Source: the human T2T-CHM13v2.0 reference genome, Homo sapiens. From it: a DNA stretch of 64,000 nucleotides. The stretch lies in NCBI RefSeq assembly GCF_009914755.1, contig NC_060931.1; one strand, given 5' to 3'. Positions within the stretch are counted from its first letter, which is position 1. Each line of letters starts with the position of its first letter. Below, one piece after another: positions 40,401 through 60,172 of this stretch. The notes under the pieces were generated by a model. The model was not told the origin of the DNA and searched no databases. It saw only the letters and a list, made by a program, of their open reading frames with translations. Made by a program: the position numbers and the translations under genes.

Positions 40401-41099
40401 ATTCTGTAGAAACTAGAAATGTGTGACCTTAAAGGCTTTAGACACAATTCTTATAGTTCAGGTTTTTTTTATTATACAGGTGAGAAAACAAATCCAGAGC
40501 CAAGGAGTCTGACCTTCAGTGACACAAAATTGTGTCAGAGGCAGTGGGCCAGACCTGGGCTCTGACTCCAGGGTTCTTTCTACCAGTCCCCTTTAGCATC
40601 AAAGTAAAAACATGCCAGCCACTTCAGGGGGCACGTAATGAATCTATGCACACTTCACTTGTAGCTGAAATTTTGATGGCTATCATTCTGTTACATGATT
40701 TCCAGGCCAAAACATACTAGAAACGGCAGGTGAATTGCAGGGGAGACAAGATGCTGCTGACAGTAAAGGCAGAAACACACACGGCAGGAGGGCAACTGCT
40801 TAGAACCCCAATCAGTTTGGTGGGTTCAAGGACAGGAAAAGGAAATTTTCATTTTTAAAAGGATAAAAGGGGGACAATCTGAGCCATCTGTATTTTCTGT
40901 ACAATTTCAATGTCATTTTACTCTACATATTTATTCTAGGTAGTAATACAGTGGAATCACCAACCTATTCCACCTGGACATTTCCCCAAATTGGTGTAAG
41001 AGGTATCACTCAAAATATTAATATTAAGTAAGTGAGCCAAACAAAAAGGGAGAGATGTCAAAACAAATTCATGAAGGAAGATCCTAGAATGTCACATGA

Positions 41100-42105
<1,006 letters not shown>

Positions 42106-42113
42106 TTTTAAAT

Positions 42114-42217
42114 AACCACCATGGCACATGTATACCTATGTAACAAACCTGCACATTCTGCACATGTATCCGAGAACTTAGAATAAAAAAAAAAGAAAAA
42201 AGAAAAAAGAAAAAAAA
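42114..42217 (+). mobile_element. Extremely 5'-truncated L1PA 3' end
   Basis: CACCATGGCACATGTATACCTATGTAACAAACCTGCACATTCTGCACATGTATCC plus A tail; approximate TSD TTTTTAAATA. Confidence 0.85.
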
Positions 42218-42486
42218 TTTTTTTAAATAAGAAAAACAATTACTAAGTTTCTTCCCCTGCCACCTCAAAGTCCCAAACTTTTGTTGTGATATTTGAAAAC
42301 ACATGTTGACAACCCCGCTATCCAAAAACTGCAAAATAATCCCATGTCTACTCCACAAAGGGCCAAATAAGAAGGCTCCATTAGCAAGAACTGGAGAGCA
42401 TATGTTGGCATCTAAACAGATGATCACGCGGGGACTAGGTTTACATTAAGATTTTGCCCAATCACAAAGAAAGCCAAGGCCAGTTA

Positions 42487-42639
<153 letters not shown>

Positions 42640-44113
42640 TTAATTTGACAATTAAAAGAATCAAGGGAAAGTGAGCATTTTTAAGTGACAGTATTCAAAC
42701 TGATCTCTTGTCTAATAAAGAAATGATTGTATAACTCAAAGCAGATGTTCCATGGGACTCTACTTGAGTACATCGTTTACATCTGTTTATATCCCTTGGT
42801 ATTTTAAAATCTGTGTGCTGGTTTGCCCCCTCCTTGGTCCACAGCTGCATTAAGATATCTCAAGGGAAGCTTTCCTTTCCCTTATGACTAGCCCACAGGA
42901 CTTAGACAAAACCGTATTCTGCATGCTGTGGGCAAACTAAATATAGACAAAAAGCAATGTATCAGAGTTGAAGAGGTAATCAAGTAAGATTGGTTCATTG
43001 AAAAGCAAACCAGCTATTAAGAGATCTTTACTTGCTGGGTAAAACTTAGCAACCATGGGTCTAGAGGCCTCAAAGTTGAGCCCTCTGGAAATCAGGACCC
43101 ATCCCCATGTAACTACTGCAAGTAAACATATCACTGGAATGGAAATAGGAGCCAGAAAGGGTATTTTAATTTGTTTAATTTTATAAGGGTTGAGGACGTA
43201 ATGTAGACGGTGGAAGGGAGATTTGAGTGTACTTGAAAATCTTTTTAAAAGGCCTAAGGGGGTTAGATTTAATCCCAGTTGATTCCAGAACATTTGGAGC
43301 CAAGCAGTGAGAATTGAAGCAGGTTGGCAAGAAGTCACGTGGGGTGTAAAATGGCTAGCATTCTAGGCTCTTCTCACAAACGCAGTATTTGCACATTTCC
43401 CTCGTCTCAGGTTTTGTGTTTCAGATGACTGGCCCAATTGAAAAAAAATTATTTTTTAAAGTCATTTACTTTAAAATTTAAGACAGGCTTTTGAAGTATT
43501 CCATTTTCAGCACCATTTCACTGATTAAGGAATGTCAGCAATTTGCTTTAATAGCCTCAGATGCACTACACAGATTGTTTTATCAATTGAAATTCTTGTA
43601 TCTCCAAGGTTTATATGGCTAACCAAGTTTTAAACCTGTAATCTTAACATTAACTTTTATATGCATTATATCTATTGTAATCCTAATAAGAATGCAAGGT
43701 AGGCAGTAGTCCCATTTTACAGATGAGTAAACTGAGCCTCAGAGAGACTGAGTAAATCATATAAGAGAAGAGAGCTGCAGCTCATAAATGGTTCAGCTGT
43801 GATTCAAATCCAGTTCATGTAACATTTCTTCTATATTAAACTCTCTCAAATTAACATTGTAAGAGAGGTACTATATTAACCTTTGTAGGTAGACACTAGC
43901 CTTACTTCAGACAGAAGGAAGCTAAGGCTCAAAGACTGAATAATTTGCTAAAGTCACAGAGACAGCAAAGCTTAATGTCAAAGCCAGTATCTTCCCTACT
44001 ATCCCAGGGTACTTGCTGAGGTGCTAAAAATCAACTAGAACTACTTCTAGTGATAATGCCACAAAAGAATTCAATATTAATGCAGTTAAAAACATTGTTT
44101 TAACTATTTGTTA

Positions 44114-44335
<222 letters not shown>

Positions 44336-45679
44336 CTAATAATTCAGCCACAGACGGCAATTAAAAACAAACTGTGGAGCCTGGTAATATGTAAAAGTGG
44401 GTGGTAAAACATGATGGGAAATGAGTAAGCCCCAAAAGACGTAAATCCGAAACTGTAAAGCTGCAAGAGAGAAGAAAATATTTGCCCTCCCATTTTCTCA
44501 ACTAACGATTACTGGATACATATAGTTCAATCAAGTCCATATTTTAAATAAAGCTTACTTCTCAACCGCTTAAAGTTGAACCATTTTCACAATTGAACAG
44601 TGAATTAAAAAATGACTGGAAAGATGTATAGTTTTTGAGGAAACCAAATACCCTAAGTACATAACCTTTCATAAGTATGTTCCTAGTCTGTATTAACCAA
44701 TTCTAGGCATAATTGGCATTCTCGTGCAATTGCATTTTCTGGGTCACCAAGCAAGGAGAAAGCATGGAAATATTCCAAAAACACAAGCCAGAATTCCTGT
44801 GTCTAAACTTAGTTTTTACCAGTTTCTTTAGAATTTAGATTGAAGTAGGCTGGAGGAATATCAATCCATCTTGACTAAAATTTAAAATGGTTCACCGATG
44901 CCATTTAGATAACAAAAACGTTAGATAGTGGCAGAAATATTCAGAAACTCCCTGCGGGACCTAGGTCCTGCTGAACCTTCAAAAGCCACTGAATATCATA
45001 CCTGAAAACACCTAAGCCTATGCTGGTCAACAGCCTTGAGAGGAAAAGCAATGGGAGACATGTGCCATGGAAAACAGAACTAAGTACATAAATTGAGAGG
45101 ATATGGATTATTGGTACAAATCTCCTTCATCTTCCTGAAGTTCTCATTTTCACTACTAGTATAATGTCACAGGCTAACCTTGAGCCAGATGAATGGGAAG
45201 TTATTCCTTAACATTTTCCTCAAACTTGTTAAAAATGTAAACATTTGTATAATGAAGACTATTTCTCTTAGACTACTTTAAAAAGAAGTCTATAATTCTA
45301 ATTCAGTCTCAACCTGGCCCTGCCAAGCATTTTGTATTACAGTTTTAAAAATAGCTGCTTCTAGAATAACTTTTGAGATTTTTTTCTTTTAAAACTCTCC
45401 CCTTTCTGGGGGTAAATTTAAGACAAAGTAGTATTACTTATTGAATTTACCACTTTGTGGGGTTTTTTTCCCCCTTTCTTTACAACCAAACAGAAGTTTC
45501 CTGCTTCCTTACTACCTCCTTTGAAAACTCCTTGTACACAAACACCGTGCAGTCTTTCCCCTACCACTCTTCCTCAGTTCATCAATCTTTTCCCACCTTT
45601 TTGAGTACTCTGAGTGAAACTAAGAATGGCCACCCTCAGAAAAACCTTTCCACGTAATTTCAGAGCATCCACAGATTCT

Positions 45680-46085
45680 AAGTGTGGTAGCCTGCCTCCA
45701 AGGTGATTCCTGTCACCCAGTTATCTGTAGTCCCACACATACATACCAAATAGGGCTGACTTGTGTAAACAACATTAGAAAAATGATAGAGTATAACTTC
45801 TGAGGCTATGTCATAAAAGACATTGCAGTTTCCATCTTGACAGCTGCCATGTCTTGAGAACACTCAAGCAGCTCTGTGGAGAAGCCCATGTGGGAGGAAC
45901 TGAGGCCTTCTGCCAACAGCCAGCATCAACTTGTCAGCAGCATTGTGAGACCCCAAGCCAGAACCACCCAGCTAAGCTGCTCCTGCATTCCTAACCCACA
46001 AAAACTAGCTGAGCAATTAATGTTCACATTGTGTTAAGCTGTCAAATGTTGGGATAATGCGTTACACGACAATGGATAATAAACT
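45680..46085 (+). mobile_element. MLT1-family LTR
   Basis: GAACTGAGGCCTTCTGCCAACAGCCAGC, GAACCACCCAGCTAAGCTGCTCC and TGTTAAGC...GTTACAC motifs. Confidence 0.75.
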
Positions 46086-46367
46086 GGGTTATATATTCCA
46101 ACTTTGGGAATAAATGTCATAAAACATAGTTAAGACTGCTTTAGAAAACATGAATGTAAAGCATTTGGTTCCTCCTGCCAGAAGCAGATAATGCTTTCAA
46201 TACGGGTCAGAAACCTAACAGGCAGCAAGCTGTATTTGAGAAACCATGTGTAAGTACGGCAGCACAGGCTAGCTGAAGCAGCTGTAAAGTGGGAAGCTAA
46301 GCCCAATACACAACATGCAGCTTACAGTGTTGGAAAGTTTTCTTATTCAAAAGCAAAGGAGCACTCA

Positions 46368-46517
<150 letters not shown>

Positions 46518-46941
46518 TTAGAATAAGTAAACCTATTCGTGGGTAAAAAGACAATATTCACTCATTAAACATTTACTTCCTACCTACCATCTGGGAAGCA
46601 CTGTGTTAGGTACAGCTTAAAACTTGCTGACAATTGGCCAGCATTCTAGCAATGCATGAATAGAAGGGGAGAAAAAATACAGAAGTTAACTTCTAAAATA
46701 GTTCTTATTTTATTCACTTCAGGAAATATCTTCAGTGATGGAGTCTCTTACTCAAAACCATATTCCTAAACCCCTACTACCAGAACACAACGTACAAATA
46801 AAAAACAGTACCATCCAGTACAAATATACACCTGGAGATATGTGCATAATTTATAGAAGGAAACAGAAGAAACAACAGTGGTTACACTTTGGGGGAAGGG
46901 CATAAGAACAGGAAGGGGAGCTTTCACTTTTCATTTTGTAG

Positions 46942-47320
<379 letters not shown>

Positions 47321-48027
47321 ATTTTTCTCTATACTAAAATAATTCTTCTTTAAAATTTTTACTTTAATAATTACATTCTTATGATATGGCACCCACATAT
47401 AATATTACTAAAACATATTTAAAGTTCTCTACAAATTAAGGTTGGTAATGAGGTCCCCACACTAACTCCAGTGCCTTACTCTCGATTCTACTTTCAGTGC
47501 AGCGCTGTTCTGTACGCTAAACGTGGCACAGAACCCAACCTTCACTCAAAGTTCCTGTGGAAGAAATAGAGTTCCCGCCTGCATTACCCAGATAAATCTC
47601 CAGTTTGCCTTAGAAGAGACTTAGGCACTTCCCCACCTCCACACTCCCTGCTGCTCCAAGGTGGGGCCAGGCAGTGGACAAGAACAGAGCTCCAATGAGC
47701 TCCGAGTAAAGGATGAGTCAAGATTTGGGGCTCCTGTTTTGGGTTAATCCAGGATACCTCCTGGTCCTAGGTTCCCCAAGTTGCCTTCTTCTATAGCTGC
47801 ATTTCTCTTCCCCGTTATCACCACTCGCCTATGTTCAAATGTGAATGAAAATATTTAAATATTAAAAGACATACACTTCACAACCAGATCAACAGTGCCA
47901 ACCACTGTAGCTCATCAGGATATCATTTCCCTCTGTTTGTTGGCAATTCCCAAGAATTGTGTCAGAGATGTCAAAAATACAAGAGCACAAATATCAACCT
48001 CTTTCACAGGACAATCTTCTTTACTCA

Positions 48028-48255
<228 letters not shown>

Positions 48256-48996
48256 TCAGGGCAAAGCAGATGACTCACTTCCCTCAAGAGCATAAACTTT
48301 CAATAAGCTGTCAACATTAATGCCTTAAGAGGCAAATTTTAATTCTAGGAACATTCCCCTTTCTCTTTCCTCAATCCAACCAAGCGGGGACATCTTTTCA
48401 TTCTACCCAAGCTGTTTGTGCTTACAGCTTCCTTTCAGATGCCACAGAACAAATGTCTCATGACAAAGAGCCTGGATTCAATCTGCTCTAAAACAAATAG
48501 GAACTGGAGGGCATGCCAAGAGAGGAGTTGGAATCCCATAAGCCAAGTTGAACTGCTTATTCTGCACAGTATATCATTCTTCATTCATTGGATGAGCAGA
48601 TTTCACCAATCTGCTTCCCCTTTGCAAGGTTCTTCCCACATTTTGCCTCCTTGATAGAGGAAAGTCTGCAACGAACAGTGATAGGAATGGAACCTGGACA
48701 GATGGCAATTCTACTTCAAGAAAAGCAAGTGGCCAATAAACTCAAAATGATGTTTAATTTCACTAGTAATTATATGTCTGCCAGCTAAAAGAATGTCATT
48801 TTCTTCTAGACTTGCAAAAATTGAGATAGAAAAAATTAAATATGGGCAAGATGATGGGTAACAAGGCACACTCAACACTTTTGGTAGGAGCAAACTGGTC
48901 AGCAAAATGCTGAGCACCTTGTGACTCAAGAACTGTATTTCTTGTAACATCTACTCCTGGTAACATCTACAGATATAGTCTCATACATGGGTCAAG

Positions 48997-49225
48997 AGTG
49001 ATGTTTCTTACCCTTGGCACTACTGACTTTTTGGGCCAGATTCTTTGTTGTGGATGGGGTGTCTTGTGCATTGTAGGAAATTTACTAACTTCCCTGGCCT
49101 GTACCTACTAGATGCTAGTAGCATGCCTCTCTCTCAACTCTAACAGCTAAAAATGTCTCCAGACATTGCCAAATGTCTACGGGGGTTGGGGCAGAGAGAT
49201 GATCATTTGTAGTTGAGAACCACTG
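48997..49225. mobile_element. MER20 hAT DNA transposon
   Basis: CTTGGCACTACTGAC...AAAAATGTCTCCAGACATTGCCAAATGTC...GTTGAGAACCACTG. Confidence 0.8.
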
Positions 49226-51732
49226 GCATGGGAAAGTTCCGTTTCTAACAGATAGAAAATTAGAATTATCTAATTGCGGGAAGAGATGGTTAAATAACAG
49301 TATATTCATATCATACAGATGTTTTTGAAAATGTGGTAAAATTACAAGTACCAACACAGTAAAAAGTCCTTAAGTGAAATAATGCAATTCACATCATGAC
49401 ATGATTTCTTTTTTAAAGTCACACATGTTAGTAGATACAGGCAACAAATCCTATAGAGATACATCCCCAACTTACCAACAGCTACCCAGGTGAGACGAAT
49501 GGTAACTTTTTAATTTACATATTTATATGTTTTGAATTAAATATAAAATAAGCCTGCCATTTTTTAATAAGTACAAGAAAGAAAATTAGCTACTCAAAAA
49601 TATGTGTTTTTGGGAAAATTAAGTATTTGTTGAGTTCCTTTGGCCATTCAAACACTTAAAGGGCTAAATAACTCATGGCCATGAGAGTGACCACTTGATC
49701 ATGCCAATAAAATCAAGATTTGGCTTTCATTTTCCTAAATGTTTGGTTGAAATCTGAAGATTTACCTCAAGAGTAAAAGATAAAACTAAAAATAAGGGCA
49801 TGAAACAAATTAAGGGCTACCTAAAAATAACTAATAAAAAAATAGTGTCTTAGATAACAGTCCCAATCTTAGGAGTCATCTTCCCGGCTGCTGTTTCAAT
49901 CCCCAGTCACTTTCAGGGATGCCTGTCTTCCAGCAACACATTAGCATCCCTCTTTGCAGTTTATTTTCACCCTTTCACTGTGCTAAGGATTACTAAGCTC
50001 CGATCCCCTGAGAGAAAGGAATGTGGCTTTGGAGATTAGAATGGCCCTCTGAGACCATTCCAGAAACGAGGTTCTGATAATGACTAATTTCAATGTCAAG
50101 AGTTAATTAAATCCACTGGCAGAGCTCTGCAAATGAATCATCGGATATAACAAAAATTGCTTCCCTTCCCCTATCCCCATCTTCCTGCCTTAAGTAAAAC
50201 AAACAGTTCAATTTAAGTCACAGCTCTTTCATCTGACAGGGAAATGAGTAGCTCGAAAAGGAACAATTCTAATCTGCTACATGAGAAGGAAGGGAAGCCA
50301 TATAATGAATTTCTGCAGGTAACGGTGGATCAAGGGAAGCAAGAAGCCCTTAAATTTTAAGATTAAAGCCAGGCCGACTGACTAGGTTATGATCCAGTTG
50401 TCTTTCCCACTCCTACATGATGAGGTCAGGGCGATTAATTTTGCATTCAGGTAACCAGCACCCAACATCTCCTGCTTCAAAGCAGGGGAAGGCAGGATCA
50501 GATGCCACTGCAGGGAGCAGGTGGGTATGGACCACCACTCAGTACAGTTCTTTTTGGTTCTACATGAGAAATGGGTCAGCTAGTCCAATGCAGGCATGGT
50601 GCCTATGATGAACATGCATGTCCTCTTAGGCCTGCTGGAACAAACACATAAAGTATACACAGCAGTGCAGTTCTAACTTTTAGAGAAAGATTAAGCTTAT
50701 TTCGTTGGATCACACTGAAAAAAAAGAATTCTCCTTTCTAAATTTAAAAGGAAAAATAATCTTGCCACTTCTGTAGCTGGCTCAAGGCTTGCACAATGGT
50801 ATTTTTGGATACAACCTCTTCTTCCCAGCACACTCACAGGTTCTTCAGGAAATACAGTAGTAACAGGATGTGCCTCGTAGCACGTTACGGAGCTAGGTAT
50901 GGGGGGAAGAGTTTGTCACCAAGCTTCTTTGGGTCAAAAAATATCCACATACTGTACAACAGTATGGTTTCTAAAGCAAAACAACATATAATGCATGAGA
51001 ACTGAGAAGTATCTTAGATACACATCAAAGGCTTCAAACATAATTCACATACAGTCATTTTAGTCATTTGACAAATAAAAGATCCTTCTATGTAGCAGGG
51101 CCCTGGCCTTGGCCCTGGGGCTACAGTAGTGAATAAAACAAATAGTTCCCGCTTTCTGCTCCTGATAATTAGCTCCAACATTTGAATGGGAATATTCCAA
51201 TCCCTTAAATCCCACCAATTAAAACCATCAAAAAATATCCAGAAGAAAAAGCCATTCTAATTACATGGCTTAATCAGAGGAAAAATTCGGACAAATAAGA
51301 TGAGCGATTCTTTATTCGAGTAAGGCAAGACTGAAAAACCACCTCTGTATTGAGGCCACAAATAAAATGGATTGGACCCAGAAAATTACTTCCAAAAACA
51401 ATGAGGGCAGGTGGGGGGTAAGGGGTGGGACAGAGGACAACCTGGAAGCTGCCTTTCTGTCTTCCAGAGCTTCCCCAACCAGAAGAGGATTAGGTATCAT
51501 TTGTTTTCCATTCATGTGTGAAAATCTGACGTTCCCTTTGAGAATGAGGATTAGCTCCAGATTTATATGAAATGAACACCAAGATACTGCAAGATTTTTA
51601 CACATTCCCAAGTACTGTACAAGGAGTCCTCATGGCTGTGTTCAGAAGGGCACCAAGTACCAGAACGACACACTGTTACTAAGATTCCAAGGGGAATTCT
51701 CATGAACACCCACCACACACTCAGCATACTCA

Positions 51733-52056
<324 letters not shown>

Positions 52057-52595
52057 CTATATGACACATCTTTTAGCAAAGCAACACCCATCTCTTCTAC
52101 TCAGCATTACTAGCTCTAAACTTCTGAGTGAAGCCCCAGCACAAGCAGCAAACCCGCAACACACATAATCCTCCCCTCTCCCACCCCGCACCACCACCAC
52201 CCACACACATTTTCCTTTGAGACAGGCACAGTGGGGAAAAAGACCACAAGTTTCCAAAGGGAACCTATGTGCCATCTCCTAATGAAAAATAGAAAAACAA
52301 AAAACATTTTGTCAAACTCTTGGTTAAGTTTAACCCATAAGGTTACTAACGGTTTAGGAATAGCTAAGCAGCAAGAGAGAAGCAAGTGGGCTTCTTGCCT
52401 TGGCTAATGTTTCCAAACCACAGTGGAAGAGACATCAGAAATATATACTTCCTTCACTTCAGCCTCTAAAATATGAAGTATTTAAAACCATTTTAAGAAC
52501 CAGTGGACAAATATCTCTAAACCATTTACAAGAGACTATTCTGAGTATTAAATTCTACCAATCACACTCAGTACCTATTATGAGCCAGTCCCTGA

Positions 52596-53017
<422 letters not shown>

Positions 53018-54368
53018 CTTTTTCATTCTTGATCTTTATTTTAACATGCAAGGAAAAGTGCCCAAATCTTGAGCATAAATTTCAGTGAATTTTCACAAGG
53101 TGAACACACACATCCAGATCCAGAACTAGAACACACCAGGGCCCCGGAAGCCCCAACAGTACCTGCTTCCGGTAGTCACTGCCCCCCTACCCCTTGCAGA
53201 CTTCTAATACCATAGATTAATTCTGCCTATTTAAAAATTTTATGTAAATATATATGAGTATACATGATATGTATTTTCTCATATCTGGAAACTTTTAATT
53301 TATTGTAATATTCATCCAAATTGTTGTGTTCTGTTTTCTGGGGTTTTTTGTTTGTTTGTTTTGCTTTGTTTTGTATTCATTTTGTGTGTGTGTGTTATGT
53401 TTTCAGAAGGGAAAATAATAAACTAGTAGAGACGAAATAGCCCAGATTTCATAAACATACACCTAACAATACATCCCTTTTTAACTCCCCAGTGCACAAC
53501 AAAATGAAAAACAAAAAGAAAGAAGTCCCCACACTTCCCAGTGTCACTCAGGTTCTTTGCTCAGATTCTGTTCCAATGGCCCTGAGTTCACCCCAGGTGG
53601 GAAAGAAAAACAGGCATAAAATGGTCTCTTTCTAGTTGCTTGGTGTGGTCATTTCCGGCTTATACACTGCTTTATTTGCAAATCTACTCTCAATTCTTAA
53701 ATAGAAAAAAGGGGGTGGAGTGGGTGACAGTTCTAGTACCAAAAAGGTCACTGAGGGCTAGGACCTGGAAGGCAGACCTGGGCAAGCAGACAGAGGGCTC
53801 GCTGACATTCTCCGGCCCAGAATGATTCTCGGTTTCTCACTTCAGTCTTCTATCACTGTCCTACCTTCTCTGGCACATGAATGAACTCTTATTGTAAAAG
53901 ATCAGTCATGCAGAAAGTAGCAAGAGGTTGCTCTGGCACCGTCACCAACCCTCCAAGGCCCTTCCCAGAACTGCTGCTCACTGCAGTACTTCTACAAATG
54001 GACCAGTCCTTTCTATATGTTTACAAACACATGTATTCATATTCGGTTCCTTCATTAAAAGCATAATTGGGGTTGTGATGTACACTGCTCTGTGGCTTGT
54101 TTTTAAATACAATGTCTTGCGATATTTCCATGTGATTTCTATGTCAGAGGGCATTCTTTTCATAAGCTTCAGAGGATGATAGCTGACACATGCCACACTT
54201 ATTTTGCCAATGCCTTGATGACAGAACGTTAAGTTAACGCTGTACTTTCCTCCTGTCCCCTTTTTTTCTTAAGGGAATGTGGATTAAGGGACCTAAAATA
54301 TTTTGGTTATTTCTAAAGGAAGACGACAGCTGATATATTTTAATATTTATGGTGTATATTTGTTATAA

Positions 54369-54721
<353 letters not shown>

Positions 54722-55597
54722 TTAAATGTTTTTAAAGTCGGGAATAAACAGATCACTGAAGGTTCTTTCAAAAAATCAGGAAACTTGAACCCACTGAAGG
54801 CATCAATTACATCTAGGCATAAAAGGTAATCTAGGCTTTTTCATTATAAATGGCGTATTGCCAGCTTCAGAAGAGAGTAAGTATATTTTGACTAGTAAAT
54901 TAAGTCATTAATGTTACAAAAATGGTAGATAACTCTCTTCTTGAGTGAGATAGACACATACAGATATCATTCTCCCTGGGGTAAAAGGTACACACGTCAG
55001 TTACCAGATGCTTCTATATTCTAGAACCATCTAAATAGTCACATGTATCACAAGAAACAACTTTATAACTTGGCAAAAACTAACTTCTAACTTTTATTGT
55101 GCTGCTTTAAAAAGATTTTTCTTTGTGGGGAAAAGAAAAGATTCTCTCACTGAAGAGGTCAGGTGGCCCGGGGCTCTAGTCCCCAGTGTACCTTCTGGGC
55201 CCCAATGGCTCCAAACTCAGGCTGTTCCAGGCAGAATGCAGACAGCCACTACTGTGTGTACCTGACTGTCTAATTGCCATCTAAGCAGAGTTCCTAACCC
55301 CTCAAACCACAGTGCTCCATCCACAGTCAGACACAGCTGAAAAGGTACAGGAGGAACCTAACATGCAGAATGGCGGCTTTCTCATGATTGCAGCTCCTAA
55401 ATTACTGAATTTAAGTCAACTACTAGAATCTTTCTAGGCACAAAGTTTGTTATTCATCTATGTCATATGGTGATCTGCTGAGTTCACGAGGAAAAAAAAT
55501 TTTAGTATTTTCACCAAACCCACCGTAGATGCAAGACATGAGATGAACGACTGTCATAATTATTTGACACATATGTATTCAGTTAAACAGAACTTAA

Positions 55598-57015
<1,418 letters not shown>

Positions 57016-57699
57016 AATTCCATGTCTAAAAATCTCTTCTTTTTTATTCCCAGATATCACCCTGTATATAATACAGGGTCCTCACAAAATGAGGTTTAAC
57101 CCATTATTGAAAAGTCATAAATTCAATTATCTCCTTGTATCAAGAATAAGAGGTTGACAATTTGGCAATCATTATTGAAAGCCTGGGTAATATGATTTTA
57201 AGGATGTACCGTAATGCAATAAATATGGATGAAGCCCAAATGTAAGGCTTCATGACTAAATTGGTTCTAAAAACAAAACAAAACAAAACGGTATGGGCAA
57301 ATACCCTAGATGACACACAACAGAAGACGGGATAGGAAACTGTGGTGAGGATCCAACACTATGCAGAGATTAGAATCAGTATAAATACACTGAATGAAAA
57401 ACCCACAAAACTCTGCAGAATGATCTTTGTAATTCTGAAAGTTATAATGCATGGGACAAAGTCTACAAAACTCTATGGCAAATTTAACAGTGGTTATCCC
57501 TGAATGGCAAAAAATCCCTTTGTCTCACTGCTTTATTTCTTTTTCCAAAATAAATCTTTTATTTACATAATTGTTAAAGTTTAAATGGGAATTTTCTTAC
57601 CTTTAGCCACTGGCCAAGTTGCTTCAAACACTTCTAAACATAACCATATTTACCTTATACAGATCTTCACAATGATACAAAGGAACTGCAATGATAGTT

Positions 57700-57823
<124 letters not shown>

Positions 57824-58227
57824 TGATTGAAGTTTCAAAGTATGAATAAACATTCCTATTCCCTAACAAAAATAAACATCAGGATAACCCCAAACAAAAG
57901 AAAGTATAAGAACTCAATGTCTACACATTTTCTAGGGGGTTATTTCTTTGTCACACATGACAAATCCTCTCATGAGTAATGTCTGTCCTTGACTGGCTTA
58001 TCTCAACATCTCTGGAAGAGGGAAGGAAATAGGTGAGCCTCTCTCGCTCTGAGGAACAAGAAAAGGTGCATTCACTAAACACATACTTCCATTTTTAATG
58101 AAACTAATGAAATGAAATTTAAACTTGTCAAATTTTTATTTTAATAATTCAAGACTTAAGCCTAAAATGAACACATGTATTAATATTTTCTAAAATATGT
58201 GTACTATTAACCTTTGATTTATTTTAG

Positions 58228-58241
58228 CCACAAGGTGGCAG
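58228..58241 (+). promoter_or_regulatory. Candidate CTCF motif
   Basis: CCACAAGGTGGCAG versus consensus CCASYAGRKGGCRS (one mismatch), in AT-rich non-repeat DNA. Confidence 0.4.
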
Positions 58242-59956
58242 GAATTTCCACGTTAAGTTCTGTCTTAAAGATACAGCCGTATTTGAGGACTCTTCTTAAG
58301 TGACATTCATAGAGCTTTAACTAACAGAGGCAGCTACAACCACGTTAAAACTAGCTGCCTGGCTCCTCAGCATCAGTGACCAGCCATCACTGGAAATGAA
58401 GTATACCAAACAATAACAGGGGAGCAGAAGCAGCAATCAAACATGTTGGAAAAATACATAATAGCTGCTAACTTTTGAGCTCTACCTTACAGGTATTATG
58501 AAACATGTTTTGGAGGCATTATCTTAGTTTTTCTCAGTAGCCTCATTAGCTAAAGACTACAGTTATTCCCATTTTAGAAATGGGGCTGAACCATAACAGA
58601 TTAACTTGACCAAAGTCAGCTAGAAAAGTGGTGGCACACAGTCTGTTCCATGCAACTGGGCTCTGGAATTGAACTCTTAACCTCCAAGCTCACTCATACT
58701 TTCACAAGTACATCAAGGTCACATAGCCTTCCAAACAACAGATGTTACAAAGAGAAAACTGAGAATTACCAGCATAGCCCTTTCACCTAAAGATTGAGCT
58801 TTGGGTGGCTACCGAGAAACATGGAGAAATGACACCAGGTTGGTTTAGGCAGCAGGCTGTCATGTTTGGAACCCATGGAGCAGGCCTATGGGGTTCATTG
58901 GAAGTCCAGGCTCAAGCCACTTCAAACTGCTCCAAGCAGCCCAGAACCAGTGGGTTAAACTATAAATACATGCATATATGCACAAATATTTGTTTCTCTT
59001 TAATCTTCACTTTGTAGCTGAGAAAACCAAAGCTCAGAAGTCAAGGTTACTAAGTCAGGGCTACCTGACTTTGGTGTTTACGCTTTCTCTGCTACACCCA
59101 ATGCCTCTCAAATAAAATTAATTCTCCTCACAGAATGAAAACATATTCCATATCCCTTTTAAAAGCTTATTAGAAAACTGATAATTTTTTTACCACTGTA
59201 ACACAAAACTGAGTTTTCCACTCCTTAGATTAACTTTTAAAAATACCTCATTGCTTTCTAATTTTCTCAATCTTTGAATTCTTGCAGAGGGAGTGAGAAC
59301 AATACTCTTATAAGGCCGCTTGACAGGGAGGAACTAAAATTAGGTAGTCCCTCTCCAAATATTCTTATTGGCAACTTTTGGTCAGTATTTAGTATTTAAT
59401 AAATGTTAACTGACTGAATATTAGAACAAAGGACATGAAGACTACTTCCCTAATCAAAATGCCTAATTTATTTAAGTTACCTAATTACTAAATTATACAA
59501 TTCTTAACAGCCTTTTCCTTCCTCCTTGGGATCAACAGAAGCCTACCAATCTCTTAACAACTACGCTAAAGAATTTTGAGAACACCAGTGTGTCTACATT
59601 CAGTTTGCTGTCGTGGTTAGGATTCTTTTCAGCAATAATTCTGCCTTGACTAGCCAGTCTACCTTTCCTGTGCTTGCAGTCTTAATGCTTTGTTTTTTTG
59701 TTTTTAAAGGAGGAAGGCTAAAATGTCAATTACTTTATCCCTACCAAAGTTCATCTTATGCCTCTTCAAATCTACATAGCTTATGTCTCCAACTTATGTT
59801 CTCCCATTCAACTAATTAACTATTAAATAAGCATTTTGTTTCCCTTTAGCTAATTTAAGTTTTCAAATAAGGCCACAACAACAGGTCTCTGACAATCTCC
59901 AAATATCCTTGGGTTTATCACATCATCCTATATTTTCCAACAGGGACTTGGCTCTA

Positions 59957-60172
<216 letters not shown>

